Positions 18,024 to 27,663 of a stretch of 64,000 nucleotides of DNA are shown here, piece after piece; the stretch's first letter is position 1, and every line of letters starts with the position of its first letter. The notes under the pieces are model-generated. The model had not been told where the DNA came from, searched no databases, and saw nothing but the letters and a program-made list of their open reading frames with translations. The DNA comes from Acidobacteriota bacterium (GTDB lineage: Bacteria; Acidobacteriota; Vicinamibacteria; Marinacidobacterales; Marinacidobacteraceae), in NCBI GenBank assembly GCA_022826825.1, contig JAJDUD010000063.1:196512-260511 (forward strand), given 5' to 3'. Made by a program: the position numbers and the translations under genes.

Positions 18024-18131
18024 GGGACCTCCCCTTCCCGCCCCCCGGGGGCGGGTTCCGATGATATCGGGGAACGCCGGTCCTCAGCCCGGCGCCGCTC
18101 CGCAACGGCGGAGCGCACTGCTACCCGCGAA

Positions 18132-18491
18132 TCAGGTCCAGTAGCCCACCTGGAGCCCGAGAACGATCCCGGTGGCGCCCACGACCAGGGGGAACGCGGC
18201 CAGCCCGAGCAATGCCCGGAGGGCGAGGCCGAGGGAACCCGGAGCGAACATGAGGACGCCCTGCACCAGGAACGTCCCGTAGAGCGCCCCGTAGGCCACG
18301 TTCGGCTGCGCGCAGAAGGGACAGTCCGGCGGGCCGGCTGTCTGGATGTTGCAAAACGCCGCCCCACCGGCCCAGATGGAGACACAGCCGCAGTCGTAGA
18401 TCACGTGGCAGACGTTCAGGAAGAACGTTGCGGCCACCGCGATCAGCGGCGCCAGCACGGCGGCCCGTATCGCCAGTTTCCGGAGATTCAT
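18132..18491 (-). CDS. Small Cys-rich membrane protein (hypothetical)
   Basis: 119 aa from ATG 18491. It has 2-3 TM helices. Cysteine clusters are CHVIYDCGC, FCNIQ and DCPFC. Confidence 0.5.
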   Translation of the reverse strand: MNLRKLAIRAAVLAPLIAVAATFFLNVCHVIYDCGCVSIWAGGAAFCNIQTAGPPDCPFCAQPNVAYGALYGTFLVQGVLMFAPGSLGLALRALLGLAAFPLVVGATGIVLGLQVGYWT

Positions 18492-18586
18492 CGGTTGGAT
18501 CCGTGACCCGCTCCCTGCGAGGAGCCGCTCTCGGCGGGAGTCTAAGCGGAGTGCGCGGGGGAGCGCCCATAGAATTCCCCCCGCAC

Positions 18587-19441
18587 ATGGACCGGAGCAG
18601 GCGACGGGTCGCGGTCCTGCTGCTCCTGCCGGCCCTCCTGGTGGTGGCGGTGGTGGCCGCCGCGCCGATCGGTTTGCTGTTCCGCGTGGCGCTCTATCCG
18701 CCCGGCCCGGTCGCACCGCTGAGCGGAGGCCCGGAACTCGATTCCTTCGCCGGACTGCTGAGCGCTCCGTATCCGTCGGTTGCCCTGCGGACGCTCCGCC
18801 TCTCGCTCCTCACCACGGTCCTGGTCACGCTCCTCGGCTTTCCGGTCGCCCTCTTTCTTTCCCGCTCGCGGGGGCTCTCCCGCCGGATCCAGACGCTGCT
18901 GATCGTCTCCCCGTTGCTGATGTCGGTGGTGGTGCGCGCCTACGGCTGGATGCTGATCCTGGGCCGCCAGGGATTCGTCGGGGAAACGCTGGCCGCCCTC
19001 TCGCTTCCGCGCGTCGGCCTCCTGCACACCGAGGCGGCCGTGCTCCTCGCCCTGACCGAGTCGTTCCTTCCGTTCATGATTCTGGCGCTGGCTGCCAGCC
19101 TCGACCGGATCGATCCGGATCTCCTGGCCGCCGCTCGAGGCCTGGGAGCTTCCCCGGTGCGCACCTTCTTCGCGGTCGTGGCGCCCCTCACCCTTCCCGG
19201 CTTCGTGGCCGGCGCGAGCTTCGTCCTGGTTGGAAGCCTCTCCGCCTACGCCATCCCCGCCCTGCTCGGCGGATCGGCGGCCCGGACCTTCGTCATGGAA
19301 ATCTACGAACTGGTCACCATCAGCTTCGACTGGCCCACCGCGGCCGCCGCGTCCATCGTCTTGCTCCTCTTCGCCTCGGCGCTTCTCGGCGGAGCGGCGC
19401 TCCTGAGCCGCCGCCGGTCGGCGCGCACCTTCGGTGCCTAG
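18587..19441 (+). CDS. ABC transporter permease, PotB/spermidine-putrescine type
   Basis: Six TM segments with a binding-protein-dependent permease EAA-like region. ATG at 18587. Confidence 0.85.
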   Translation: MDRSRRRVAVLLLLPALLVVAVVAAAPIGLLFRVALYPPGPVAPLSGGPELDSFAGLLSAPYPSVALRTLRLSLLTTVLVTLLGFPVALFLSRSRGLSRRIQTLLIVSPLLMSVVVRAYGWMLILGRQGFVGETLAALSLPRVGLLHTEAAVLLALTESFLPFMILALAASLDRIDPDLLAAARGLGASPVRTFFAVVAPLTLPGFVAGASFVLVGSLSAYAIPALLGGSAARTFVMEIYELVTISFDWPTAAAASIVLLLFASALLGGAALLSRRRSARTFGA

Positions 19442-19443
19442 TC

Positions 19444-20295
19444 GTGCCTCGAATCGCGCTGGGAGCCGCCGCGGCAGTCGCCTACGCGGTGCTCCTCCTG
19501 GCGCCCCTCGCCGTGATCGTCTACTCCGTGAGTCCGGGCGCAGCGCTGGAGATCCCACCATCCGGCGCGAGTCTTCGCTGGTACGCCGGCCTCGCCGACC
19601 AGCCGCGGCTCATTTCCGGCCTCTTCACGAGCCTGTCGCTGGGAGCGATCGCGACGGGAGCAGCTCTCGTCACCGGCATCCCGGCGGCACTCGCGCTCAC
19701 GCGGGGCTCGCTCCCGGGACGCGAGGCATGCCTCGCGGTTCTCCTCTCTCCCCTGAGCCTCCCCGGCCTGGTCCTCGGGCTCGGCGTGCTGACGAGCGCC
19801 GCGGTGCTCGCGAACGCCACCGGCATCCAGACCGCCGGGACGCTCCTGCCATTGGTTGCCGCCCACCTCCTCATCACCATCCCCTGGGTCGTCCGCAGCG
19901 TGGCCGCGTCCCTCGAGACCACCGATCCGGCGCTCGAGGACCAGGCGCGCAGCCTGGGCGCCGGTCCCTTCGCGACCCTCTTCCTCGTGACCCTGCCGAG
20001 CGCCCGCGCGGGTATCGTTGCCGGCGCGGTGTCCGCCTTCGTGATCTCTTTCGGCAATTTCGCGATGTCGCTCCTCCTGGCCAGCGGCCGGACCGTCACG
20101 CTGCCGGTCGCCATCTACGAGACCGTGGACCGCTACCAGGATCCCACGGTCGCCGCGGTGAGCACGCTCACCATCGCCGCCGCGGTGGCCGCCGCCGTGC
20201 TCACGGATCGGATTTCCAGACCGCTCAAGAGTCGGGGCGCCTCCTCCGGAAGCGGCCGGCAACCGGACCCGGCTGCCCCCGAGCCGAACGCATGA
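19444..20295 (+). CDS. ABC transporter permease, PotC type
   Basis: GTG start 3 bp after the upstream stop. Permease fold. Confidence 0.85.
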   Translation: MPRIALGAAAAVAYAVLLLAPLAVIVYSVSPGAALEIPPSGASLRWYAGLADQPRLISGLFTSLSLGAIATGAALVTGIPAALALTRGSLPGREACLAVLLSPLSLPGLVLGLGVLTSAAVLANATGIQTAGTLLPLVAAHLLITIPWVVRSVAASLETTDPALEDQARSLGAGPFATLFLVTLPSARAGIVAGAVSAFVISFGNFAMSLLLASGRTVTLPVAIYETVDRYQDPTVAAVSTLTIAAAVAAAVLTDRISRPLKSRGASSGSGRQPDPAAPEPNA

Positions 20296-21347
20296 CCTCC
20301 GGGAGACGCCCCCCGAGGCTGCTGGCGGCCGCGCGCCTCCTGCTGGTCCTGGTGGCGGCGAACCTGCCCGCCGGATGTGCCGGCGGCGGGGGAGACGACC
20401 TGGTGATCGCGGTCCCACCGGGCCGCATCGCCGACCTCGAGGAGACCTTTGCCGGCCCGTTCGAGGCGGCGACGGGCGCCACCCTGATACCGGTGGGGCT
20501 CCGATCCGCCGACCAGGCAGCCCGGGTGCGCGTGGAGAGCGGCAATCCGTCCCTCGATGTCCTGTGGATCGACGCGGGAGAGGCGGCGCTGCTCGCCAGC
20601 GAGGGGCTCGTCGAGACCCCCTTTGGTCCAGAGGCCACTCCGGAAGAAGAGCTGCGGGTCCCGAATGCCGCGTGGGCCGACCCCGATGCCTGGTTCAGCC
20701 AGGGAGCCCTCCCGGCCACGTTCTCCTCCGCCGTCGGGTTTCTCTACAACACGGAGCATTTCCCTTCTCCCCCCGCCTCCTGGTCAGCACTCGAAGATCC
20801 CGCTCTCGAGGACCGGCTCGCTCTCTTCGGGTTCGGGAGCACGCTCGGCCCGCTCACCGTCGCCGCCCTGGCGCGCATCGAGACGGGGGACGAGACGGAC
20901 GCCGATGCGGGATTCCGGAGACTCGGCCGGCTCCGGAACAACGTGCTGGTGTACGGCACCAGCGGACCCGCCAACAACCAGTTGGTCGCCCAGGGCGAAG
21001 CCTGGCTCACGCTGGGACTCCCCTCCCAGGCGCGGCACCTCGCCAGCGAAGGCGCGCCGGTGGGATGGACTGCCCCTGCCGAAGGCGCGATCGCCCTGCC
21101 GCAGGGAATCCAGATCGTGGCCGGCACCCGGCGCCCGAGACTCGCGCGGGCGTTCGCGGACTACATGTTTTCCGCGGAGGCGCAGCAGACCGCGGCCCGG
21201 GAACTCCAGTTGGTCCCGTCGCGCAGCGATACCGAGGTTCCCCCTGGCCTGCCGCCGTCGGACACCCTCATGCGACTCGACATGGTGACCCTGGGGGACC
21301 TGCGTCCATCGTGGGCGACCCGTTTCCGCCGCGAGATGATTCCCTGA
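20292..21347 (+). CDS. ABC transporter substrate-binding lipoprotein, PotD / family-1 solute-binding
   Basis: Lipobox LPAGC. ATGA overlap with the upstream permease. Confidence 0.8.
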   Translation: MTSGRRPPRLLAAARLLLVLVAANLPAGCAGGGGDDLVIAVPPGRIADLEETFAGPFEAATGATLIPVGLRSADQAARVRVESGNPSLDVLWIDAGEAALLASEGLVETPFGPEATPEEELRVPNAAWADPDAWFSQGALPATFSSAVGFLYNTEHFPSPPASWSALEDPALEDRLALFGFGSTLGPLTVAALARIETGDETDADAGFRRLGRLRNNVLVYGTSGPANNQLVAQGEAWLTLGLPSQARHLASEGAPVGWTAPAEGAIALPQGIQIVAGTRRPRLARAFADYMFSAEAQQTAARELQLVPSRSDTEVPPGLPPSDTLMRLDMVTLGDLRPSWATRFRREMIP

Positions 21348-21349
21348 TC

Positions 21350-23002
21350 ATGACACCCGAAGGCCTACCCGTTTCCCAGGAGAGCGTGGAGGCGCTCGTC
21401 CGTTGTCTCATGCCGCATCCCGCCGCGCTGGGATCCCGCGCCGCCGGGTTCCGGAGCTGGCTGGAGCGCCTCGCCGGCGGATGGGTCCGGGCCGGCATCA
21501 CCGGGCCGCAGCGGCTAACGCCGAAAGGCCAGCCGGGGCCGCCGGATCCGGCGGAGGTGGATCCCGATTCCATCAATCTCGTCCGGGCAACCCATCTGGA
21601 AGACCTTCGCGACGCGGCGGAGTGGGCCGCCGGCGCACGCTTCCTGAGTACGGAGCGGCGCGGGGCCATGGCGCTGCTCACCGACGTACTGGCCATTGGC
21701 GCCGCGGAACCGTTGCCCGCCTTCCTCGCCGGTGGCGAAGCGGAGAGCATCCTCGATTCCTTCCAGGGCACGTCCGTCCCCTCCGTAACCCTCTGGCGGC
21801 CGGTGGCCGGCCGCCGCTCAGCGGGGATCTGGTCCGCGATCGTCTGGAATCGCCTCGTCGGAGATCCCCAGGAACTGCATGCCGGGCCGGAATGCGTCGC
21901 GGCCGCGGTGGCGGCCGCCGAGGCGGGCGACCGCACCCTGGGGGAACTCCTCGACGCGATCGTGGTCGGCTGCGGCATCGGAAGCTGGCACCGGGACGCG
22001 GTCGGGACGACAATGGAGGAGGCCGGCATCCACTCGCCGGGCGCGCTCGCCCCCGTGGCCACCGCGGCCGCCGTCGGCCGTCTCGAGGGGATCGGCGCAC
22101 GGAACCTTGCGCAGAGCATGCGGCGCGCCGGTGCGCTCACCCCGGTGCATCCGTACCAGGCATTCAGCGACGGCACGAGCGCGAAGCTGCTCTTCGGCGC
22201 CTTCGGTCAACTCCTCGGAGCGGCCACCGCGCTGAGCATCAAGAATCCCATCGGGCTTCTTCCCGCGCCCTCACTCTCCCGCCGGTCGCGCCAGCCGGGG
22301 CTCGCCTCTTTCGACATCCGTACCGCGACGAGGGCGATCCACGCGGTTTCACTCAAGAAGTTCCCCGGTTCGCGGGCGGTGCAGTCCGTACTGGCCGCCA
22401 TCGAGAAGCTGCCCCGGATCGACCCGGAGACGGTCGAATCGATCACCGTCGAGACCTATCCCTTCTCGGCGACGGTGTCCGGCTGGTCCCGCCCGGACAC
22501 CGGGCCGATCGCCATGCAGAGCCACATCCCCACGGCTGTCGCTCTGTGCCTCGAAGCCCGCCACCGGCGGGTCCCCTTCAACGCGGACCACTACCCGCGG
22601 TTCCGGGCCCCGGCGACGATCGCGCTCGCCGAGCGGGTCACCGTCCGGGCGCACGAGTTCGGCGAGGCAGGCGCACCTTCGAGCCGGCGCATCCGCTGGG
22701 CGAAGGTGACCATCCGGGCCAAGGCCGGTCCCGACCTGACGGCGTCCAGCGGACCTCCCTTCGCACCTCCTCCACCGGGGGCCATCCGTGACCGCTTCGC
22801 GAACCTGGCCCGCGGCGCCGCCGTACGCGACCCGCATCAGTTCCCCTATTCGGCGCCCGTTCGCGGCTTCCTGGGCCAGGAACCACCGGCGGCGCCTCGG
22901 GAGCCGCCGCCGACAGTCCTTCCCGCCGTAGAGCCCACGGACTCCCGGGAGGCGGCTGACGAGTCGGGCTCCGGAGCCGACTCGCTGTTCGGACGATCGT
23001 GA
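21350..23002 (+). CDS. MmgE/PrpD-family protein, embedded in the ABC operon
   Basis: LDAIVVGCGIGS and DGTSAKLLFGAFGQLLGAATA align to the PrpD motifs LDTLGCGL and GTRKSWAAGDATSRA. The C-terminal tail is Pro-rich. Its stop overlaps the ATPase GTG start. Confidence 0.65.
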   Translation: MTPEGLPVSQESVEALVRCLMPHPAALGSRAAGFRSWLERLAGGWVRAGITGPQRLTPKGQPGPPDPAEVDPDSINLVRATHLEDLRDAAEWAAGARFLSTERRGAMALLTDVLAIGAAEPLPAFLAGGEAESILDSFQGTSVPSVTLWRPVAGRRSAGIWSAIVWNRLVGDPQELHAGPECVAAAVAAAEAGDRTLGELLDAIVVGCGIGSWHRDAVGTTMEEAGIHSPGALAPVATAAAVGRLEGIGARNLAQSMRRAGALTPVHPYQAFSDGTSAKLLFGAFGQLLGAATALSIKNPIGLLPAPSLSRRSRQPGLASFDIRTATRAIHAVSLKKFPGSRAVQSVLAAIEKLPRIDPETVESITVETYPFSATVSGWSRPDTGPIAMQSHIPTAVALCLEARHRRVPFNADHYPRFRAPATIALAERVTVRAHEFGEAGAPSSRRIRWAKVTIRAKAGPDLTASSGPPFAPPPPGAIRDRFANLARGAAVRDPHQFPYSAPVRGFLGQEPPAAPREPPPTVLPAVEPTDSREAADESGSGADSLFGRS

Positions 23003-24087
23003 ATCCACGCGACGCCGGGCTCGCCCTCGAAGGGCTCGGCAAACGGTTCGGCGAGACCGAATCGGTGTCGGATGTGACGCTGCGGGTGGGACGCGGAGAA
23101 CTGATGGCCCTGCTCGGCTCCAGCGGAGCCGGCAAGTCGACCATCCTCCGCTGCATCGCCGGGCACCTGGAACCGGACTCGGGAGAGGTCTGGATCGGGG
23201 GCGAGTTGATGGCTCAGGCGCCGCCCGAGAACCGGAACGTGGGAATGGTCTTCCAGAGCTATGCCCTCTTCCCTCACCTGAGCCTCCGGAGGAACGTCGC
23301 GTTCGGACCCGAGAGGCGCGGAGCATCACGCGGGACGGCGGCGGACCTCGCGGACGAGATGCTGGAACGGGTGGGCCTCCTCGAACTCGCGGACCGCTAT
23401 CCCCGCGAGATTTCGGGAGGGGAAGCGCAGCGGGTGGCCGTCGCCCGGGCGCTTGCCATCCGTCCGGAGGTGCTGCTCCTCGACGAACCGCTCTCGAGTC
23501 TCGACCAGACGCTGCGGCGCGAACTGCGGTCGCTCCTCCGCAGTCTGCAACGGTCCTTCGAAGCGACCACGGTGTGGGTCACCCACGACCAGGAAGAAGC
23601 GCTGACCGTCGCCGACCGGGTGGCCGTCCTGAACCGGGGCCGGCTCCAGCAGGTCGGCACCCCCCTTGAACTCCACACCCGGCCGGCCAACACGTTCGTG
23701 GCCAGTTTCGTCGGCAAGATGAACCTGCTGCCCGCTGCCCCCGAGCCGGGCAGACCGGACACCTTCCGGCTTCCCGGCGGTCCGGTATTGCGCGCGGAGC
23801 GGGACGCCGGCCCCGGTTCCGGCGCCGCAGCCGGCGAGGTGCTCCTCGCCATGCGGCCCGAGGTCGTGCAGATCGGACATCCGCCGGCGGCGCCGGGCTT
23901 CAACCGGATCGGCGCCACGGTCCGGCGCATCGCCTTCCTCGGCGACCGGCTGGAAGTCGAACTCGAACTCGAGGGGGGAACCCGGCTGCTCGCCCGCGGC
24001 AACACCCTGTTCGAGAGCCTCGCCCGGGAAGGCGATGCCGTCCGGCTCTACTGGCCGGTCGCCGATACCCGCATTCTCATCCGTTAG
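22999..24087 (+). CDS. ABC transporter ATP-binding protein, PotA-like
   Basis: Walker A GSSGAGKST, signature SGGEAQR, Walker B LLLDEP, and a C-terminal TOBE-like domain. Confidence 0.9.
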   Translation: MNPRDAGLALEGLGKRFGETESVSDVTLRVGRGELMALLGSSGAGKSTILRCIAGHLEPDSGEVWIGGELMAQAPPENRNVGMVFQSYALFPHLSLRRNVAFGPERRGASRGTAADLADEMLERVGLLELADRYPREISGGEAQRVAVARALAIRPEVLLLDEPLSSLDQTLRRELRSLLRSLQRSFEATTVWVTHDQEEALTVADRVAVLNRGRLQQVGTPLELHTRPANTFVASFVGKMNLLPAAPEPGRPDTFRLPGGPVLRAERDAGPGSGAAAGEVLLAMRPEVVQIGHPPAAPGFNRIGATVRRIAFLGDRLEVELELEGGTRLLARGNTLFESLAREGDAVRLYWPVADTRILIR

Positions 24088-24106
24088 GAGCCGCCACCTC
24101 GGAGCG

Positions 24107-24161
24107 CCGGCCTCCAGGCCGGCATCGCCCGCGCAGCGGGCGAAACTCCCGACGCTATCTC
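24107..24161 (-). repeat. REP/BIME-like element, type A, minus orientation
   Basis: GGAGCGCCGGCCTCCAGGCCGGCATCGCCCGCGCAGCGGGCGAAACTCCCGACGC is the reverse complement of the type A consensus. Confidence 0.65.
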
Positions 24162-24264
24162 GCCGCATGGCGCCGCGCCCAAAGGGAACGGCGCGGCAAC
24201 AACGGCGCGCGCGTACTTCGCCTCGCTGCCTTCGTATCGGGTTCCCGCGACGGGGCGCGACCGC

Positions 24265-24316
24265 GCTCGGAGTTTCGCGGCCTGCGGCCGCGATGCCGGC
24301 CGGAGGCCGGCGCTCC
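24265..24316 (+). repeat. REP/BIME-like element, type A, plus orientation. Forms an inverted pair with 24107-24161
   Basis: Sequence is GCTCGGAGTTTCGCGGCCTGCGGCCGCGATGCCGGCCGGAGGCCGGCGCTCC. The stem differs from other copies but stays palindromic. Confidence 0.65.
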
Positions 24317-24424
24317 GACCGTCCCCGTCATCGGGCAGGACCGCGTCCTTATGGCGAAGTCACCGGAAGCACCCGCGTATCGGGATCAATGATCCCCGTG
24401 GAGGCTTTGAGGCGTTTCGGCGCC

Positions 24425-25957
24425 TCATTGCCCTTTCTGTCCGACCCAGCCGAAACTGCGCTCCACCGCCTTGTTCCAGGCGGTCAACCGCTCGTTCCGA
24501 TCAGCGTCGGACATCGTCGGCTCGAAGCGGGCGTCCTCTTCGAGGGCTCCCGCCAGTTCGGTTTCGGACTCCCACAGACCCACCGCGAGGCCGGCCGCGA
24601 CCGCCGCTCCGAGCGCCGTGGTTTCGACGCACCGCGGACGCACCACCGGTATCCCCAGGATGTCGGCCTGGAAGGCGAGCAGGAGTCCGCTCACCGTCAT
24701 GCCGCCGTCCACCCGCAGTTCCCCGGGCGCGTGTCCGGCGTCGGCGCGCATCGCCTCGATCACCTCGCGGACCTGGAACGCCGAGGCCTCGATCGCGGCG
24801 CGCGCCAGGTGGCGCCGGTCGGTATGGCGGGTCAACCCACAGATCACCCCCCGGGCGTCGGAGCGCCACCAGGGAGCGAAGAGGCCGGAGAACGCGGGCA
24901 CGATGACCGCGCCCCCGGAGTCCTCCACCTCGAGCGCCAGCCGCTCCACCTCGGCCGCCGACTCGGCGAACCCCAGTTGGTCCCGCAGCCACTGGACCAG
25001 CGAACCCGCGACCGCGACCGAACCCTCCAGCGCGTAGTCGACCCCCGCCGAGTCGCTGTAGGCAACCGTGGTGAGGAGCCCCGCGTTCGAGGCAACCGCT
25101 TCGTTCCCGGTGTGCATCAACAGGAAGGCGCCGGTTCCGTAGGTGCACTTCGCTTCCCCGGGACGCCGCCGCAACTGGCCGAGCAGCGCCGCCTGCTGGT
25201 CGCCGATGACCCCCGCGATCGGAACGCGGCGTCCGAACGGCCCATCGGGGTCCGTCGTCCCCCAGGCCTCCGGGTGGGAGGAAGGAGCGATCTCGGGCAG
25301 CATGCGGACCGGGACACCAAGCGCCTCGAGCAACTCGTCGCTCCAGCGAAGCCGGTGGAGATCCATCATCAGGGTCCGGCTGGCGTTCGTCGGGTCCGTC
25401 CGGTGGACGGCGCCCCCGGTGAGCTTCCACGCGAGCCAGGACTCCACCGTGCCGAACACGGCCTTCCCCGCCCGGGCCCGATCGCGGAGGCCTTCCTGGT
25501 GATCGAGGAGCCAGCGGAGTTTCGGCCCCGAAAAGTAAGTGGCCGCCGGAAGTCCGGTCAGCTCCCGGAGACGTTCCGCTCCGACGGCGGATGCAAGCTC
25601 GGCGGCGAGCCCGGCGGTCCGGGTGTCCTGCCACACGATGGCGGGAGCCAGCGGTTCCCCCGTCGTGGGGTCCCAGACCACCGTGGTCTCCCGCTGGTTC
25701 GTGATCCCGACCGCCGCGACGTCGCTCCCTTCGAGCCCTCCATTCCTCAGGGCCCCGGCCACCACCTCGGCGGTGCGGTCCCAGATCTCCGCCGCGTCGT
25801 GCTCCACCCAGCCGGGACGCGGGGTGATCTGGCGGTGTTCCTCCTGAGCCGAGCCGACGATGGCGCCGTCCTCGGCGAAGAGGAGACAGCGGCTGCTGGT
25901 CGTGCCCTGGTCGATCGCGGCCGCCACCCGGGGCCGCGGTTCGCCCATCCCGCCCAT
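24425..25957 (-). CDS. glpK: Glycerol kinase
   Basis: 510 aa. The AAIDQGTTSSR and GTGAFLL motifs are FGGY-family glycerol kinase signatures. The longer ORF in the track is an antisense artefact. Confidence 0.9.
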   Translation of the reverse strand: MGGMGEPRPRVAAAIDQGTTSSRCLLFAEDGAIVGSAQEEHRQITPRPGWVEHDAAEIWDRTAEVVAGALRNGGLEGSDVAAVGITNQRETTVVWDPTTGEPLAPAIVWQDTRTAGLAAELASAVGAERLRELTGLPAATYFSGPKLRWLLDHQEGLRDRARAGKAVFGTVESWLAWKLTGGAVHRTDPTNASRTLMMDLHRLRWSDELLEALGVPVRMLPEIAPSSHPEAWGTTDPDGPFGRRVPIAGVIGDQQAALLGQLRRRPGEAKCTYGTGAFLLMHTGNEAVASNAGLLTTVAYSDSAGVDYALEGSVAVAGSLVQWLRDQLGFAESAAEVERLALEVEDSGGAVIVPAFSGLFAPWWRSDARGVICGLTRHTDRRHLARAAIEASAFQVREVIEAMRADAGHAPGELRVDGGMTVSGLLLAFQADILGIPVVRPRCVETTALGAAVAAGLAVGLWESETELAGALEEDARFEPTMSDADRNERLTAWNKAVERSFGWVGQKGQ

Positions 25958-25959
25958 GC

Positions 25960-27540
25960 TCACGGACTGTTGAGGCGGAGCGCCTTTCCGGGCCTCGCTC
26001 CCGTCACCTCCCGGTCCTGGAGCACGAAGACTCCCGAGACGAGTACGTGGTGCACCCCCGTGGAGTAGTGGTGCGGATCGCCGAACTCGGCATGCTCCTC
26101 CACGGCCGCCGGATCCAGCACGGCGATGTCGGCGATCGCGCCCTCCTCGATGACGCCCCGCCCGTCGAGGCCGAGCCGCTGGGCGGGGAACGCGGCCATC
26201 TTGCGGACGGCCTCCTCGAAGGACAGCAGGCCCGCCTCCCGGACGTAGAGGCTCAGCACGCGCGTGAAGGTGCCGTAGTTCCGGGGATGGGGAACGCCCT
26301 CCCCGGGCGCGACCACGCCCCCGTCGGAGGAGATCATGGTGCGGGGGTGGGCCATGATCCGGCGGACGTCGTCCTCGTGCATGGCGTGGAACACGCCTCC
26401 GAAACCGCCCTTTTCCTGCAGCTCGAGCGCCAGGGTCGCCCCGTTCTCCGGGTTCGACTCGAGACCCCGGTCCCGGAGGATGTCGCCCATGCTCTTTCCC
26501 TCGAGCGAGCGGTCCCATTCGCAGCGGGAGATCTGCACGTTGTCGGGACTGCCGCCGCCCCGGTCCACCTCGATGTTTCGCTTGACCTCCTGGCGGATCC
26601 GCTCGCGGGTCTCCGGGTCCTGGAGGCGTTCGAGCAGCGCGTCGCCGCCGCCGGCGAGGCTCCATCCCGGAAACAGGATCGTCAGCCCGGTAGAAGACGC
26701 CGTGTAGGGATACTGGTCGATGGTCACGTCCACCCCGCGCGCGACCGCCTCGTCCACGAGCCGGAGGCTCTCGACGCTCTGTCCCCACATGGGGGCGCCG
26801 ACCACCTTGTGGTGGGTGAGCTGGGTCGGAAGTCCCCCCTCCTCGCCGATGCGGATCGTCTCCCGCACCGAGTCCATCAGCGTCAGCCCTTCCTCGCGCA
26901 TGTGGCTCACGTGGATGCCGCCGTAGCGGGCCGCCACCTTGGCGAGTTCGATGACCTCCTCGGTCTCGGCGAAGGTTCCCGGCGCGTACTTCAGTCCGGT
27001 GGAGAGCCCGTACGCCCCTTCCTGCATCGCCCGCTCCACCAGCGCGCGCATCTCGTCGAGTTCCGCTTCCGTGGGGTCGCGGTCTTCGAGTCCGATCACT
27101 TCCCGGCGAACGGTTCCGTGCCCCACCATGAGCCCCATGTTGATCGCCGATCCTTCGGCCTCGAACTGCTCGAGCCATTCGCCGATCGGTAGCGGCGACC
27201 CTCCATCCGGGCCTCCCATTGCGGTGGTGACTCCCTGCCGCAGGTAGTTCTCGGCAAGGGGATGGCGGAGCACCCCGCGCACCGCGTGGCTGTGGAGATC
27301 CACGAATCCCGGCACCACGGCAAGTCCCGAGACGTCCATCCTCGTCGCGGCCCGGGCCCCCGAAAGGTCACCTACCGTCGCCACCCGGCCGTCCCGGATG
27401 CCCACGTCGGCAACGCTGGCGGTCCCACCCCGGCCGTCGTGTACTTCCCCGCCGGCCAACACCACGTCGTAGGGCTCTCCGCAGCCGATGGCCAACGCCG
27501 CCGTCAGGAGAAACGCGATTCGCATCAAGCGTTGGGTCAT
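25960..27540 (-). CDS. N-acyl-D-amino-acid deacylase (D-aminoacylase) family amidohydrolase, secreted
   Basis: Signal peptide MTQRLMRIAFLLTAALAIG. DLHSH metal-binding motif with a D-aminoacylase-like layout. RBS GGAGG. Confidence 0.8.
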   Translation of the reverse strand: MTQRLMRIAFLLTAALAIGCGEPYDVVLAGGEVHDGRGGTASVADVGIRDGRVATVGDLSGARAATRMDVSGLAVVPGFVDLHSHAVRGVLRHPLAENYLRQGVTTAMGGPDGGSPLPIGEWLEQFEAEGSAINMGLMVGHGTVRREVIGLEDRDPTEAELDEMRALVERAMQEGAYGLSTGLKYAPGTFAETEEVIELAKVAARYGGIHVSHMREEGLTLMDSVRETIRIGEEGGLPTQLTHHKVVGAPMWGQSVESLRLVDEAVARGVDVTIDQYPYTASSTGLTILFPGWSLAGGGDALLERLQDPETRERIRQEVKRNIEVDRGGGSPDNVQISRCEWDRSLEGKSMGDILRDRGLESNPENGATLALELQEKGGFGGVFHAMHEDDVRRIMAHPRTMISSDGGVVAPGEGVPHPRNYGTFTRVLSLYVREAGLLSFEEAVRKMAAFPAQRLGLDGRGVIEEGAIADIAVLDPAAVEEHAEFGDPHHYSTGVHHVLVSGVFVLQDREVTGARPGKALRLNSP

Positions 27541-27663
27541 GAGTTGCCTCCGCTGGCCGCTCCGGTCGGGAATCGGTTCGACGGGAACGGGGCCGCCGAG
27601 TCTATCGGTATGCTGCCCGCCCGATCCCGCGCTCTCCGCCGGGACAAGCAAAGGAGAAATCGC

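Noticed and set aside
18024-18131. Hairpin CCCGCCCCC-C-GGGGGCGGG as a terminator
   Set aside because: It has no flanking T-run on either strand. It lies between two co-directional minus-strand genes. It may be only a GC palindrome, so it is not called as a feature.
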